Positions 42,360 through 57,650 of a DNA stretch of 64,000 nucleotides are shown here, piece after piece. Within the stretch, counting starts at the first letter, position 1. Every line of letters starts with the position of its first letter. The stretch comes from Dictyostelium discoideum (lineage: Eukaryota). The notes under the pieces were generated by a model. That model was given only the letters and a program-made list of their open reading frames with translations. It made no database searches and was not told the DNA's origin. The stretch spans positions 2,112,001 through 2,176,000 of the forward strand of contig CM000151.3 of assembly GCA_000004695.1 (NCBI GenBank), read 5' to 3'. A program made the translations under genes and the position numbers.

Positions 42360-45300
42360 TTAATTTGAAGGAATATTAAAAGTTATAGTATTTGTATCAT
42401 CTTTAGTTAAAACCAATGAATTTTGATTTGACCAAAATAATTTAATATTTTCAATTTTTGGTATTGTTGGTTGAGAATTATTAATTATAGATTGTTGTTG
42501 TTTTAAGTTATTATTATTATTTTGATTTTGATTTAAAGGTTGAGTTGGTGGTGAATTAAAACCAAGAGAAGTTTGTTTTTCAGAAGCGGTTGAAACTGTA
42601 CGAACACAAGTGAATTGACTTGAATTAATTAAACCAAAAAATGTTGAACTTGCTTGCCAAATTTTAATTTCATTTGAGAGTGAACAATAGCAAGCCAACA
42701 TCTTACCACTTTCATTAAAGGTGACAGCAGAGACAAATGAATTTTTAAATGATTCGAAACGATGCCATCTAGTAGCAGTTTTCAAATCATAGATTACGAC
42801 TAAACCATCCAAAGTACCTAATACCAAACGTTGAGTATCATGATGAAAACTAACCATTGGATATTTATTGACCATTAAATGTAAGACAGCAGTGGTTTGA
42901 CGTATACAAGCCTCACGTAAAACTGGTGTATGAGGATCTAAGCTTTTGATGATTGAATCGATAACACGTGGTAGGAAAGGTAAAACTGAATCGGGATCTT
43001 TCTTTATCAAAGACCCAATGAGTACAATACCATGAACTCTACAAGTGGTACTAGTATTTTCACTTGATATTTCATCGCCAATTACTTGAATAAAAGTTTT
43101 AGGATCTACGGAACCAATTAAAAGCAATGAAGTTTTTGAGGTTGTAGCCAATGGATCCGATTGCATTGTAAGTGTGAATAAACATTTCAATAGACCTGGT
43201 AAATCTTTAATTGAGTCTTTCCAAATGGAGAATCCTTTACCAATCAATTCCACCGCTATAATCGTTAAATTACCTGTACCTTTATAGATCATCTTTTGAA
43301 GTTCAATACCAACACGTGAAGAGAAGGCATTGTTAAAATCTGAATTTGGTCTATTGGATGCAATGATTGCCAAAACAATGATTGAACGTGCTCTTTCAAA
43401 TGGACCCAAACAATCGGCATTCAATACACTACAGAATGAATTTACCAACTGTTTGAATGCAGTATTTGGCATACGTTCAATTGAAATCTTAAATATTGAA
43501 CGAGCACTAATCATAACATCTTCATTACCATCTTGACAATAAGTTGCTAAATAAGAGAAATCTGGATAAACATACCCTTGTAGGGTCTCTGGTAATGTTG
43601 TACAATAGTATGTCGTTAACTGGCTGACGGTATTCTCCATACCACCAATTCTAAGTATAGTTCTACCCAATGCTACCGCTGATAAAGTTGTTTGAGCTGT
43701 TAAAGTTTCTGAACATTGTAATTTACCTGTTGAAAATGATACACTTGGTGTAAGGAAACTCATATTACCACCATGACCTAATAAACCAAATGAAAAATCT
43801 GGTTGTGGTGGTCTTAATTGAAAATCTTTCATATATAATATATCTAATGCTTTATCCATACCCCATGGTATTAAATATGAAAATATTGATACTAATTGAT
43901 TTAAATCTTTTTGAATTATTGATGATCCAATATTTTGTTGTTGTTGTTGTTGTACTTGTTGTTGTTGTTGTTGTTGTGATTGTGATTGTGGTTGTTGTTG
44001 TTGTTGTTGTTGTGATTGTTGTTGTTGTTGTTGTTGTTTTTGTTGAGTTATTAATAAAATATCTTCAGAAATTGATTTTATATTTAAAAATAAAGTTTGA
44101 ATTGGTGGATCATTTTTATGAGTATAAACTAAAGATTTAGTTGGAAAATGTTGACCTGAATGAATTTTACTTTCTTGTTGTTTCCAATTATTCGAGAGTA
44201 ATTCTGAATTATCCAAGATATCCTTAGCGATTTGACCATATACTACACCTTCAAGTTCTCCACTTCCCATCTCCCAAATTGAAACTGAACCATCGATAGT
44301 TTCAACCATTAGATAACCTTGTTCATTCTTCCAATGTACCTTGGATATTGATGAAGAGTGAACACCAAACATGTGTTTACATGATAGATCCTCCATAGAG
44401 TACATACCGATTGTTTTATCTTCAGAGATGGATATGAAGGTATTTCTTCTTGACGATTGTGGTAACGAGAATATTGAATACACGGGACCTGTATGATGAG
44501 AGAAAGTGTGTAACAATTTGAATGTACTTAAATCCCAAACTTTAATTGTGCAATCATTGGATGCAGAGAATAACAATCGTCTTAGACCAGTGCCAGGTGG
44601 TGAACTCATCAAATAGTTTACCCTACTATTATGAGAGTTGTTATAAAATTTCGTAAATAAATCGGTGGGTAATTTACTGGTACTAATACTGCCATCCTCG
44701 TAACCACGTATCAACATCATCGTATCATCCAATAAAAGTGAGGCTGTAACACGTTGTTGTCTTGCTTTGCCACCTTTACCACTCTGTTCAACACTCTTCC
44801 AACCATCAGATATTGATCCTTGTAAATTTGGTTCTCTTAATATTCTCTTACCACTAGTTGTTGCTGTCTGATTAGTTGGATTTAACAATTGTTCACTATT
44901 AACTGGTATTACCCAAATTCTAATATGACCATAAACATCACCAATCATAAATATATTACCAAAACACATTGCTGCTCCAATTTTTAATAATGGTGTTTGT
45001 TGACTATTATTATTATCATTTGAAGTAAAAGTTATTAACAATTGTGGTGGTGGTATACCTGATTGATAAGTGAAATTAATTATTGAATAATCTGGTTGAC
45101 CAATTTTACCATTACTATTATTATTATTATTATTGCTATTGCTATTATTAATATTAAAAGAACTATTATTTAAATTTGAAGAGGAGGATAGAGATGAACC
45201 ATATGATCTTGATAATAATGGTGAGGTACCTTCAATTGGTACAGGGTCACCTAAAGGGAAAGATTTTAAATCGGTTTGATCGATACGATAAAGGAAACCT

Positions 45301-46488
45301 CTGCCTTCTTTATTCCAAATTAAAACCATACTATTATCAATGAACGAACCACCAAACCAACCACCACTAGTTGGCAAACCTGCTTGTTTCTCTTGAATGG
45401 TTGTACAAGGACAACGAATTGAATAGAGTAATCTTGAATTTTGGGTGGTGAAAATGGACCAATTGTTCTTTGTCACAACCAATAACGATTTACCATTGGG
45501 TGAGAATTTAATTGAGATGGGTGCGTCATCCAATGTGTAACTACCATCGACACCACTACCTCCACCATTAACATTTCTAGAATCTATAACTTGCAATGCC
45601 ATATCTTGATCACCGGGTTTGAGTAACCAAAATCTAATAATACCATCCAACCCACCCGATAATAGCATCGAGGTCGAATCTTGCATCGTACAAGAGAATA
45701 AACTTGTCACCCAATCCATGTGATCATTGATCGTACTTACGATTCGCAATGAATGAATATCGACAATATATATATAGTTTGAACCTTTACCACATACAGC
45801 TACCTGTTTCCTATTGGGTAATGATACCATCTGTGTTGGTGAACATGATAGAAAATGTGATACTGTCGACAATAAACATAATCCATCCATTATACTCCAC
45901 ACTGACATACTACCATCTGATGCTGCACTAATAACAACTTCCTTTCTTTCAAATTCTCCTAATGCTAAACATGTAATTGGATTCTCATGTCCAATACCTA
46001 AAATTTTCGGTGTAAATTGATTTTCTTTTCCCTTTATATATATATACATATAAAAATAAATAAAAAATATTAATATTATTTATTTTATAAAATATATAAA
46101 TATTTTTTTTTTTTTTTTTTTTTTTACTTACTTGATCTAATGAAATTGAAGTTATTGCAATGTGACCAGATTGTGAACCTGATATGATTGTTTTTTTATC
46201 TGGAGTAATGATGATTGATGTTATCCAATGTGATGGTGAACCACACCAAAGAACAACTGGTACCAGTATTTCTGTACCTTTATTTAATATATAATTACTA
46301 CTATTATTACCATTAACTGATTGTAAACTATTGGATAGTAATGCATTGCTACCATTCATTCCACTACTACTACTACCACCACTCACTGATAATGGTGATG
46401 GTCCATTTGAATATGTTCCATTACTATTATTATATACTCCACTACCATTTAATACTGACCCACTACTTGAGTTTAAATTAAAACTCAT
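42360..46488 (-). CDS. wdr7: WD-repeat protein, WDR7/rabconnectin-3beta homolog (about 1342 aa); 2 exons (46488..46132, 46031..42360)
   Basis: Exon 1 ...ILVPVVLWCGSPSHWITSIIITPDKKTIISGSQSGHIAITSISLDQ | GTAAGT...ATAAAG | GKENQFTPKILGIGHENPITCLALGE... Multiple WD40 repeats. Conserved C-terminal WD pair (LVLGTLDGLVVIYDLKTATRWHRFESF...KMLACYCSLSNEIKIWQ). Internal poly-Q/poly-N. Confidence 0.75.
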
Positions 46489-46653
46489 CCTTTATAAATA
46501 AATATATAATCTTTAACTTTTTGAAAGTGAATATTTATTTTTCACCTTTTTTTTTTTTTTTTATTAAAAAAAAAAAAATAAATAAATAAAAAAAAAAAAA
46601 CCAAAAAAAAAAAAAAATAAAAATCTTTACACTGGTCACAAATTAAAATTAAA

Positions 46654-46686
<33 letters not shown>

Positions 46687-47392
46687 AAAATTTTAAAAAA
46701 TAAAAAAACAATAAAAAAAAAAATTTTCGTTATCTTAAAATAGGAGTGTTTTCCTAAAATTAAAATCATTTCTTTAAATTAAAATCAATTTCTAAAATAG
46801 ATTAATAATATTATTGACCCCAAATTTCTACCACAAAAACCATTAAACCTATCAAAACCATTCCAATCACCCAATTTCCACACCACCAAAACATACAACT
46901 AGTTGTATGTATTATTATTAATTTAAAACAACACCAAAGTTCAACTTTTTTTTATTTTTTTATTTTTTTTTATTTTTTTTTATTTTTTATATCGAAATAT
47001 ATATAATTATTTAAATTTAATATCAATTTTTTAAATGATTCCAAACCATAAAAAATATTTAGCAAACAAAGAATGTTTATTTGAAAAAAAAATTTTTTGG
47101 AATATCATATTTTTGAAGAGAATAAAAAAAACCTTCTGTGTCGATTAAAAAAAAAAAAAAAAAAATTGAAAACCTTCCATGTCATAACCTTGGGTTGGAA
47201 AAAAAAAAATCTTTTTTTTTTTTTTTTGATGATGTGGAAGGTTTTTTTAAAAAATCTTTTTTTTTTTTTTTTTAAAAATAGAATTGGTTTTTGTTTTTGT
47301 TTTTTTTTTTTTTATTAATAGAATTTATTTTGTTTTTTATTTTTTATTTTTTATTTTTTTTTTTTTTTGATAACATTAATAATAAATAAACA

Positions 47393-48010
47393 ATGAAATT
47401 ATTATTTTCAATTATTTTATTAATTTTTTCAATAAATTCGGTATTTTCATCAAGAAATGAAACAATTATTTTAACTCCATACAAAGATTCAGATTGCACA
47501 GAATTTGGTGGTGGTGTTGGTTATGGGTATATGCCTAATGTACCAAATTCGAATATAATTAGAGTTTTTGGTAATATTTATGATACTTTTGAATTCAAAG
47601 AATCATCAAATGGTGAAATACTTTTAATGAATATTTTAGGATCAAATGGAAAAATTATCAAAACAGAGAGTTTTAATATAAAGAAATGTCAATACTCACA
47701 ATTTTTAAAAACCTATTACTTGTTTGATACAGAAATTAATATCCCAACACCATCAATACAATTTAATCAATGGGCCACTGGTTCAAATAGTGATAGTTTT
47801 AATGGAGAATGTATGGTTGATGTCTATGAAACTTTTAATTTCATAGCAAATGATACAATAATTAATTTACCATATATTCAATCAACCCAACAATTTTATT
47901 GCATAAACGATAGTCCATACTTAAAATCTTGTCAAGAAAATTCAGGTTGCTACACAAATCAATTAACCTCATGTTTTGATGGTGAATACAAAGCAACTTG
48001 TATTAATTAA
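47393..48010 (+). CDS. Secreted Cys-rich protein of unknown function (205 aa, signal peptide, about 10 Cys)
   Basis: MKLLFSIILLIFSINSVFSS signal. Intact ORF in a GC-richer island. No recognisable family. Confidence 0.5.
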   Translation: MKLLFSIILLIFSINSVFSSRNETIILTPYKDSDCTEFGGGVGYGYMPNVPNSNIIRVFGNIYDTFEFKESSNGEILLMNILGSNGKIIKTESFNIKKCQYSQFLKTYYLFDTEINIPTPSIQFNQWATGSNSDSFNGECMVDVYETFNFIANDTIINLPYIQSTQQFYCINDSPYLKSCQENSGCYTNQLTSCFDGEYKATCIN

Positions 48011-48249
48011 AAAATAATAAATAAATGAAATAAATAAATAAATTAAATAAATAAATAAATAAATAAAAATGATTAAACTTTTTTTTTTTTTTTCACTTTT
48101 TTTTATTTTTTTTTTTTGTAGGTGCGTGGATTTTTTTTTTTTTTTTGTATACACATGAAAACTTTTTTTTTAATTTTAGAATAGCAAACTAATACATTCT
48201 AAAAAAAAAAAAAACATCATTATTTATTATTTTTATTTATATGTTTCTT

Positions 48250-50043
<1,794 letters not shown>

Positions 50044-50745
50044 TATCTAAACTATATGTAAATATTTAATATTATGTTTATTTTATTTTATTTTATTCTA
50101 AATTTTTTATTTTTATTTTTTTTATTTTCTTTTTTTTTTTTAAGGATTTATTTGATAAATAATTTATTATTATTAATAATCAATCGCACCACTTTTTTTT
50201 GATTAAAAAAAAAAAACACAAATACACATCACAATTGTTTTATTATTATTATTAATTGTTATGTGAGTGTAGATATATGTATTTATTAATATTTAAATTT
50301 ATATATGTATATTATATGTTTAGGTATGTATGTGTGCTTGTTAGAGAATTGGAAAATAAAAATAATAAAAAAAAAAAAAAAAATTTCATAAAAAAATAAA
50401 AATAATAAAAAAAAATAAAAAATAAAAAAAAATAAAAATAATAAAAAAAAAAAATTCGAAAAAAAACAATTTTTCTATTAATAAAAACATTTAAATATTT
50501 CCATTTTATTTTATTTTATTTTTTTTTAAACAATGATTTAATTTTATTTATTTTTAATATGAATTTAGTATAGATAAATAAAACCCTCGAACAAAAAAAA
50601 GAATAATATTTCTGTTTTTTGAATTTTTTGAATTTTTTTTTTTTATTTTTTTTTTTTTTTTCAAAATAAGATTATTAAATTTTTTATTTTAATTTTCTAA
50701 AATAAGATTATTAAATTTTTAGAAAAAAAAAAAGATTAAGTTTTT

Positions 50746-52524
50746 TTATTTTGGTTTTGATTTTGAAGATAATTTAGATTTACTATGAATTTCTCTAAGG
50801 ATTGATTTTGCCTCTTCTTTTTCAGGACCAGCATAATCCAAGAGACGTAAACAATATTGTTCAGATTGAGTTTGATTTTGATTTTTATAAAAATTTGCAA
50901 GGAATAAGAGAGCATCAATGATTTCTTGACCATCGATTTTCTCTTGATCGCAATAGTATAGATTCTTTTTATAATAGAAGGCTGCTTTTTCATTGTTTTG
51001 AATCTCTTGATAAAGTTTTGCCAATTTATTGATTGCAACACGTTCTCTATCGTAGTTTTCTTCGGCACGTTCGTAGCATTTAATTGCTTCGGGTATTCTT
51101 TCGATGAATTCATAGCAACCACCGGCAGCACACCACATTCTAGGATCATAGGGTCTGAGGGTGGTGGCTTTTTTGAAGTAGTACAAAGAATATAAAGGTA
51201 GCTTGAGTAGTTGATAAGTTTGACCCAACCCATACCAAGCTCTGTAGTCTCTTGGATTGATATCGACCGCTTTTCTATACGCGTTGATTGCAGCGGATAC
51301 ATTCTTAATTTCTAAAAATTCGTGGCCAATCAATGTCCAAGCTGAAAGGTAACGATCATTCAATTTCAAAGCTCTTTGAAAGTAAAGTATTGCCTTGTCA
51401 TGCTCCAATTTCAAACTGTAGTAATTACCAATGATGCAGCATGTCTCTGGACAGTATTTCTCGATCTTCATCGCCTTATGAGCCAGCATACTCAAGGATG
51501 CCTTCTTGTCCCTTACGTAGAGTATGTTGCTGTAGATATCGATATTCTCCAATCTGTTTGGCTCCAACTCTATCAATCTTTCAAATAACTCTTCACCAAT
51601 ATCGTATGCACGTAAATTGTAATTACCAATTGCGGTTTGCGCTAGAATATAAGTGGATTGGGTGAATAGTGTCCTTGAGAGTTGTTGATAGATCACCAAG
51701 GATTCATTGTTTTGTTGAAGTTCCAATTTAAAATGAGCCAAAAAGAAATCTTTCATAAAATGATCAGGTAATGACAATTGCATAATAATATCGGCACTAT
51801 CTGAACACAACGAAGATAGGTCACTCCATGCTGACCAATTACATGGATATTTATGTACAGATTCAATTAATACCTTTCTTGCCATTGTGAAATCTCTTTG
51901 CTTCTTTAATAACATACTATAGAAATATAATAAAAATCCATCCATATCTTTCTTATTTTCAATATATAACTTTTTATAAAATTGAAATAGTTGTTTAAAT
52001 TCTTGACATTGTTCAATCTTTTGTTGTTGTTGCTGCTGTTGTTGCTGATCTGTTTTATTATTATTATTAGTGTCATTATTTTTATCATTTTGTTGTGACT
52101 CTTGTTGTGCTTGTTGAGCTTGTTGTTGTGCTTGTTGCTGTTGCTGTTGTTGTTGAGCTTGTTGTTCAATTATATCTTCTTCTCTTCTTTTTTCAATTGC
52201 TAAATAGGTTGCATAGGAACGTAGGAATATTGGTAATTGATATTTATTACAATCAATTAAAACATCTGAACATCTTCTATACTCTTTTAAATCGAAATAA
52301 TTCTTTGCTAATATATATTTATAATATTCATTACTTCCAATTGGTGGTGATGATATTGATGGTTGTGATATAATTGATAATTGTTCCTCATTGGTTAATG
52401 GTGTAGCCAATATAGTTGGTGATAATCCATTCAATTGTTCTGATGACCATTTTGAACTTAATAATAATCCTCTTGAATTTAAATCATTAATTGATTTAAT
52501 TAATTCAATTTTTATTTGTGACAT
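50746..52524 (-). CDS. anapc8: Anaphase-promoting complex subunit 8 (Cdc23-like TPR protein), 592 aa
   Basis: N-terminal LLSSKWSSEQLNGL Cdc23 motif. 9+ TPR repeats (NPRDYRAWYGLGQTYQLLKLPLYSLYYFKKATTLRPYDPRMWCAAGGCYE...). Internal poly-Q. Confidence 0.88.
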   Translation of the reverse strand: MSQIKIELIKSINDLNSRGLLLSSKWSSEQLNGLSPTILATPLTNEEQLSIISQPSISSPPIGSNEYYKYILAKNYFDLKEYRRCSDVLIDCNKYQLPIFLRSYATYLAIEKRREEDIIEQQAQQQQQQQQAQQQAQQAQQESQQNDKNNDTNNNNKTDQQQQQQQQQKIEQCQEFKQLFQFYKKLYIENKKDMDGFLLYFYSMLLKKQRDFTMARKVLIESVHKYPCNWSAWSDLSSLCSDSADIIMQLSLPDHFMKDFFLAHFKLELQQNNESLVIYQQLSRTLFTQSTYILAQTAIGNYNLRAYDIGEELFERLIELEPNRLENIDIYSNILYVRDKKASLSMLAHKAMKIEKYCPETCCIIGNYYSLKLEHDKAILYFQRALKLNDRYLSAWTLIGHEFLEIKNVSAAINAYRKAVDINPRDYRAWYGLGQTYQLLKLPLYSLYYFKKATTLRPYDPRMWCAAGGCYEFIERIPEAIKCYERAEENYDRERVAINKLAKLYQEIQNNEKAAFYYKKNLYYCDQEKIDGQEIIDALLFLANFYKNQNQTQSEQYCLRLLDYAGPEKEEAKSILREIHSKSKLSSKSKPK

Positions 52525-52647
52525 TATTTATTTTTTTTATTTTTTATTTCTTTATTTCTATTTTACATGTATAATATGTTCATTTGATAATTTTTTTTTT
52601 TTTTTAATTTTTTTTTTTTAATTTTTTTTTTTCAATAATTTTAAGCG

Positions 52648-52684
<37 letters not shown>

Positions 52685-52738
52685 TCCTTTTTTTATTTTT
52701 TTATTTTTTTTTTTTTTTTAATAATTTTATTTTAGGTA

Positions 52739-53144
52739 ATGACAGTAAAACCCGAATTTATATTCAATGAAAATGTTCAATATAATCAAATAAAGTGTAA
52801 TACTAAAACTATTGAATCTTTGAAACTATCATCATATCAATATATTAAATTGTTTATTTCAGATAAACATTGTTTAATAGTTGAAGTTATACCAGATGTA
52901 ACCATTGAAGACAACACCATATTATTATCAAATCAAATAATTAATAAAATTGGTAATAAAAATCAAATAAATAGATATAGTTTTAATTTTGAACCAATAG
53001 AAATTATATCAAATAATAATAATAATAAAAATAAAAATAATGTCACAATTACAATAAAAAATATTAATAGCCCATATAATGGAAAGATTTTAAATAATTC
53101 AATAAAAAGATTCTTTTCATATAAGCCAGTAAGTTTTTATATAC

Positions 53145-53175
<31 letters not shown>

Positions 53176-55055
53176 TATAATTTTAACATTTTCATTAACA
53201 ATAATAATAATAAAATTAAAAATTATAGATTATTAAAGATTGTGAATATTTATGTCCTATGGTCGGTAATATGTGCATATTTAGGGTTGTAGATATTAAA
53301 AGAAATAATAATAATAGTAATAATAATAATAATAATTATGGTGATAATGATAGTTCCTTTGAACATATTCAAGAATTTTTAGAAAATAATAATAATATTA
53401 ATGAAATTATTATAATGGATGATAATACCCCAGAAAATAAAGAGTTGAATATAGAGTTAATCGATATAAAAGAACAAGTTGAACAATTATCAGAATTTTT
53501 AAAATTAAAATTTAATACCTCATTTAGTAACAACAACAACAAATATAGCAATCAATTGAATTTCTTAAAATCAAAAGGTATTTTAATTGATGGACCAGAA
53601 GGCACAAGCAAATTACAATTAATAGAATATATAGCTCAACAATATAACTACAAATATTTAAATTTAAATGAATTAGTTAATGGTGGTAGTGGTGGTGGTG
53701 GTGGTGAACAGTTAAACTCAAAAGAACCAATGATTTACATATTAAATAATTTAGATTCAATTGTTGGTAAAATCAGTGATAATGAGAATAGTTACCAAAA
53801 GAAAGTTATTCAAAGATTAACAAATTTCATTGATCATATAAAGTCTAATGAAATTATTTTATCAACATGTACATCAGTTGAAAATATTGACCAATCAATA
53901 ACACGTGCTGGTAGAATTGATAAATTTATACATTTAACAATTCCAACACAATCTAAAAGAATGTTAATCCTTTCAAACCTTTTAAAGAATACACCATTAC
54001 AATATGACACCAATAATAATAATGATGATATTGATCAGTGTAAAATAAAAGATAAAGAACAATTTATAGTTGAATTAAGTAAAATTACACCAGGTTTCCT
54101 TTTTAAAGATTTAACAAAATTATGTAGAACTGTATCATTATTAACAGTTTCAAGTTTTGAAGAAGAAGAAGAAGAAGAAAATGAAAATGAAAAAGAAATT
54201 AAAATTTCATTTAAAATATTTAAAGAGGCATTAAAATTTATTAAACCATCAACGTTAATAAATTTTGATGTTACAGTTCAAAATGTTAAATGGGATAGAA
54301 TTGGAGGTTATAAACAAGTTAAAGAAAGATTTAGACAATTAATTGAATGGCCATTAAAATATCAAGATACATTCAAGAGATTATCATTGAATAATTCATC
54401 AGGATTATTATTACATGGTCCATCTGGTTGTGGTAAAAGTTTAATGGTTAAAGCAATTGCAACAGAGATGAGTATAAATTTCATATCGATTAAGGGTTCA
54501 GATATCTATTCTAAATGGTTAGGTGAAAGTGAAAGAATCATAAGAGATTTATTCAAGTCTGCTAGATTATCGTCACCGTGTATCATGTTTTTCGATGAAA
54601 TCGATTCATTGACACTCTCAAGAGGCAGTGGTGACGATAATGAGGATGGCGGTACATCCAAACGTATCCTTAGTCAATTGTTGAATGAAATGGATGGTAT
54701 CCAAGTAAAGAGTCAAATATTCTTAATTGGTTGTACAAATTCAATTCAGTCAATCGATAGTGCTCTATTGAGACCTGGTAGATTCGAATCATTAATTCAT
54801 ATAGATTTACCAAGTCTTGATGATCGTTTAGATATTTTAAATGTACTATCAACAAATTCTTTAAATTTCAATAAAGATGAAATCACCCAACAAGTATGGT
54901 TAGATATCGCTACTCAAACCAGTGGTTTCACAGGTTCACAATTATATGATCTTTGTAATCAAGCTGGTATCATTCAATTAGAAACTGACATCGTCAACTC
55001 TCAATCAATTTCAAAACAATCCTTATATGAAAGTTTAAATAAACTTAAAAATTAA
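52739..55055 (+). CDS. Two-domain AAA+ ATPase (degenerate D1, canonical D2) with N-terminal domain; 2 exons (52739..53148, 53229..55055), about 745 aa
   Basis: GTAAGT...TATAG intron, phase 0. D1 GILIDGPEGTSKLQLI (non-canonical Walker A). D2 GLLLHGPSGCGKSLMVKAIATE...IMFFDEIDSL...SQLLNEMDG (Walker A/B, SRH). Pex6/SPATA5-like layout. Confidence 0.75.
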
Positions 55056-55089
55056 ATAAAAATTAAATATTTATAAAAAAATTATAAAA

Positions 55090-57650
55090 CTATGTTTTTA
55101 TTTCTTTGTTTTTTCTTTTTAATAAATTGAATTAAAGAATTGATAGTATTACTTTGAATTTGTAGAATGGTTACTAAATTTATACCAATTTCTTTATCTA
55201 TCCAATTCTTTAATTGAGCAATAAATAAAGAGTCTGCACCATAATCCACAAGACCAATATCTAAATTTAGTTTAATTTCTTCAATTGATAATAACTCTGA
55301 TATCTTGGAAATAATTAACCACCACTCATATTAGATTGCTTTGAAAATTCTGTTGCTGATTCTTCAATAAGATTTTCAAATTTAATTGAGATTGAATGTT
55401 GTGGATTATTTTTAAATATATTAAAATTAAATTGGTTGAAAGTCTTGATTTTGAATTTGTAAATCTAATGAACCTACTTTATTCATTGTGACAATATTGT
55501 AACCTTGAGCCTCTAATGTAACTGCAATCGATGCATTTCTTAAAACTAAACCAGATTTAATTGAACAAATTGATGGTAATTTAAATCTGATACGATTTCA
55601 TTTAATTTTTGTTCATTACCTGCAATGACAATTGATGTCGGTGAATTGTAACATGAAATTTCAATATCTGAATATTTTTAAGAATAATTTGATTTAAATT
55701 TAGATTCATCAATGTTTATTGATAACATTCTACCATTAGCATGGGTTTTATTTTGTGCAATTGATCTATGATAAATTAAATAACATAAAGTATCCAATGC
55801 AATCATACCTGAACAATAGGCTGCTGAAATTTCACATAAACTATGGCCAACTATAAATAATGCTTCAATTCCCCAATGAGTATATAATTTAAATAATGAA
55901 ATTGTTAACATGCAAACTGATGGTTGTGCAATTGTTGGTTCATGAATTGATTGAGTATCAGTTGTTCTTAATTTCTCAAAAACAGAATAACCATAATACT
56001 TTGACAATGCTTCATTTAATTGATAAATTGATTGTTTGAAAATTGGTTCGTTATTATATAATTCAATTGCCATTGTATTATATTGTGAACCTTGACCTGC
56101 GAATACAAATATGGTAATTGGTTTCTTTCTTTTAATTGATATATTTGCTGATTTTGAATTTGATGTTTTAAAATATCCTAATGATGGTGTTTTAAATTGA
56201 TCCCAATTTGATGCAATTATTACAGATCTTTGAAATAATGATCTTGATTTCTTTAAAATTTGATTTTGAACAAATATTGAAAATTCAACAAAATCAATAT
56301 CTTTTGAAATTAATTGTTGTTGATAATCTTCCAATGATTTTGTTGAGTTTGCTGAAAATGGTACTAAATATTCTTTATTTTTATTTTTTATGGTGTTAAT
56401 AGACTTTTCAGGAATTGTTTCTTTAAATTCGGATAAAACTAAACAACAATTTGAGCCAGTAAAACCAAAATTATAAATTACAATTGAAAAAGGTTTATTA
56501 TTATTATTAAACTTTGAAAATGGTTCTGTAATAACTTTTAAATTCCATTCATCAAATTTAATCATTGGATTTGGAATTGAATAATTTATATTTGGAACCA
56601 AGCTTTTATTAAAAAGTATTAAACAACACTTGATTAATGATACTACACCAGATGCAGCTTCAGTAAGACCAATCGAACATTTAATTGAACCAATTAATAA
56701 TGGATTTTCTTTTGAACGAGTGCCATCATTATTAAAAACCATTGATATACTTTTAGTTTCTAATATTTGTAGCTTGGGATAATGGTGCATAAAAATTTGA
56801 TTTATCCTCAAGACCGAAACCATCGACATTTGAATTTGCACCTTTTAAAATACAATAAATTTTATCACCATCTTTAATTGCTTTTGTTAATTTCTTTAAA
56901 AGTACAATACCAGTACCCTCTGCACGAACAAGGCCATTGGCATCTTTATCGAATGGTCTACAAACCCCAGTTTTACTTAACATATTAAGGTATGAAAATG
57001 CTTTAATATTTGTTGTATCCAGAATTAAATTTACACCACCAACAATTGATAAATCTGATTTACCTGTTAAAATTGATTGACGACCTAATGTAACTGCAAC
57101 ACCTGATGATGAACATGCAGTATCAACAGCCATTGACTCACCACGTAAATCAAAACAATAGGAGATACGATTAGCTGTTCCATGTGCATATGTACCAAAA
57201 ATATTTAAATATTGTTTATTTTGATTTACATTGGATTCTCTATATTCTGATGTTGAACAACCAACAATTACCGATGTGTTTGATGCTCTTAATTTCATTG
57301 GATCAATTCCTGCATCTTCAAATGCTTCCCATGTACATTTTAATAGTAATCTTTGTTGTGGATCAATAGTTGATGCTTCTGATGGACTAATACCAAAAAA
57401 TAATGGATCAAATGACTTTAGTTCGTCAAATGGTAATAAACCTGCATATCCATTACTTATTTCTCCCAATCTACTGAAATTATCACTCCATCTCTCTGTT
57501 GTTTTTACAACACCATTAAATCCATTCATTAAATTACTCCATAACTTAATTGGTGAGTCATTGTTTGCTTTTTCTTCGCCACTTGGTATTCTAAATCCAA
57601 GCCCAATAATTGCTATATCTTCATTATCATTATTTATAGTAAACTTCTTT
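55090..57650 (-). pseudogene. Relic of a type I PKS paralogous to 14877..24401: KS (no ATG, frameshift at about 56800) + N-terminal half of AT (GHSLCE) + tail of KR + ACP; DH/MT/ER and the C-terminal domain are deleted
   Basis: Minus-strand frames: [26 protein letters not shown]...[11 protein letters not shown]... (KS, 60-70% identical to the intact PKS). ...FVFAGQGSQYNTMAIELY...GHSLCEISAAYCSG... then stop. 55480-55570 VGSLDLQIQNQDF. 55130-55330 [45 protein letters not shown] (ACP). Confidence 0.8.

Noticed and set aside
50736-51302. 188-aa ORF overlapping anapc8 on the same strand
   Set aside because: It is an alternative frame of the APC8 TPR region. It has no independent start context, and the APC8 frame is the conserved one.
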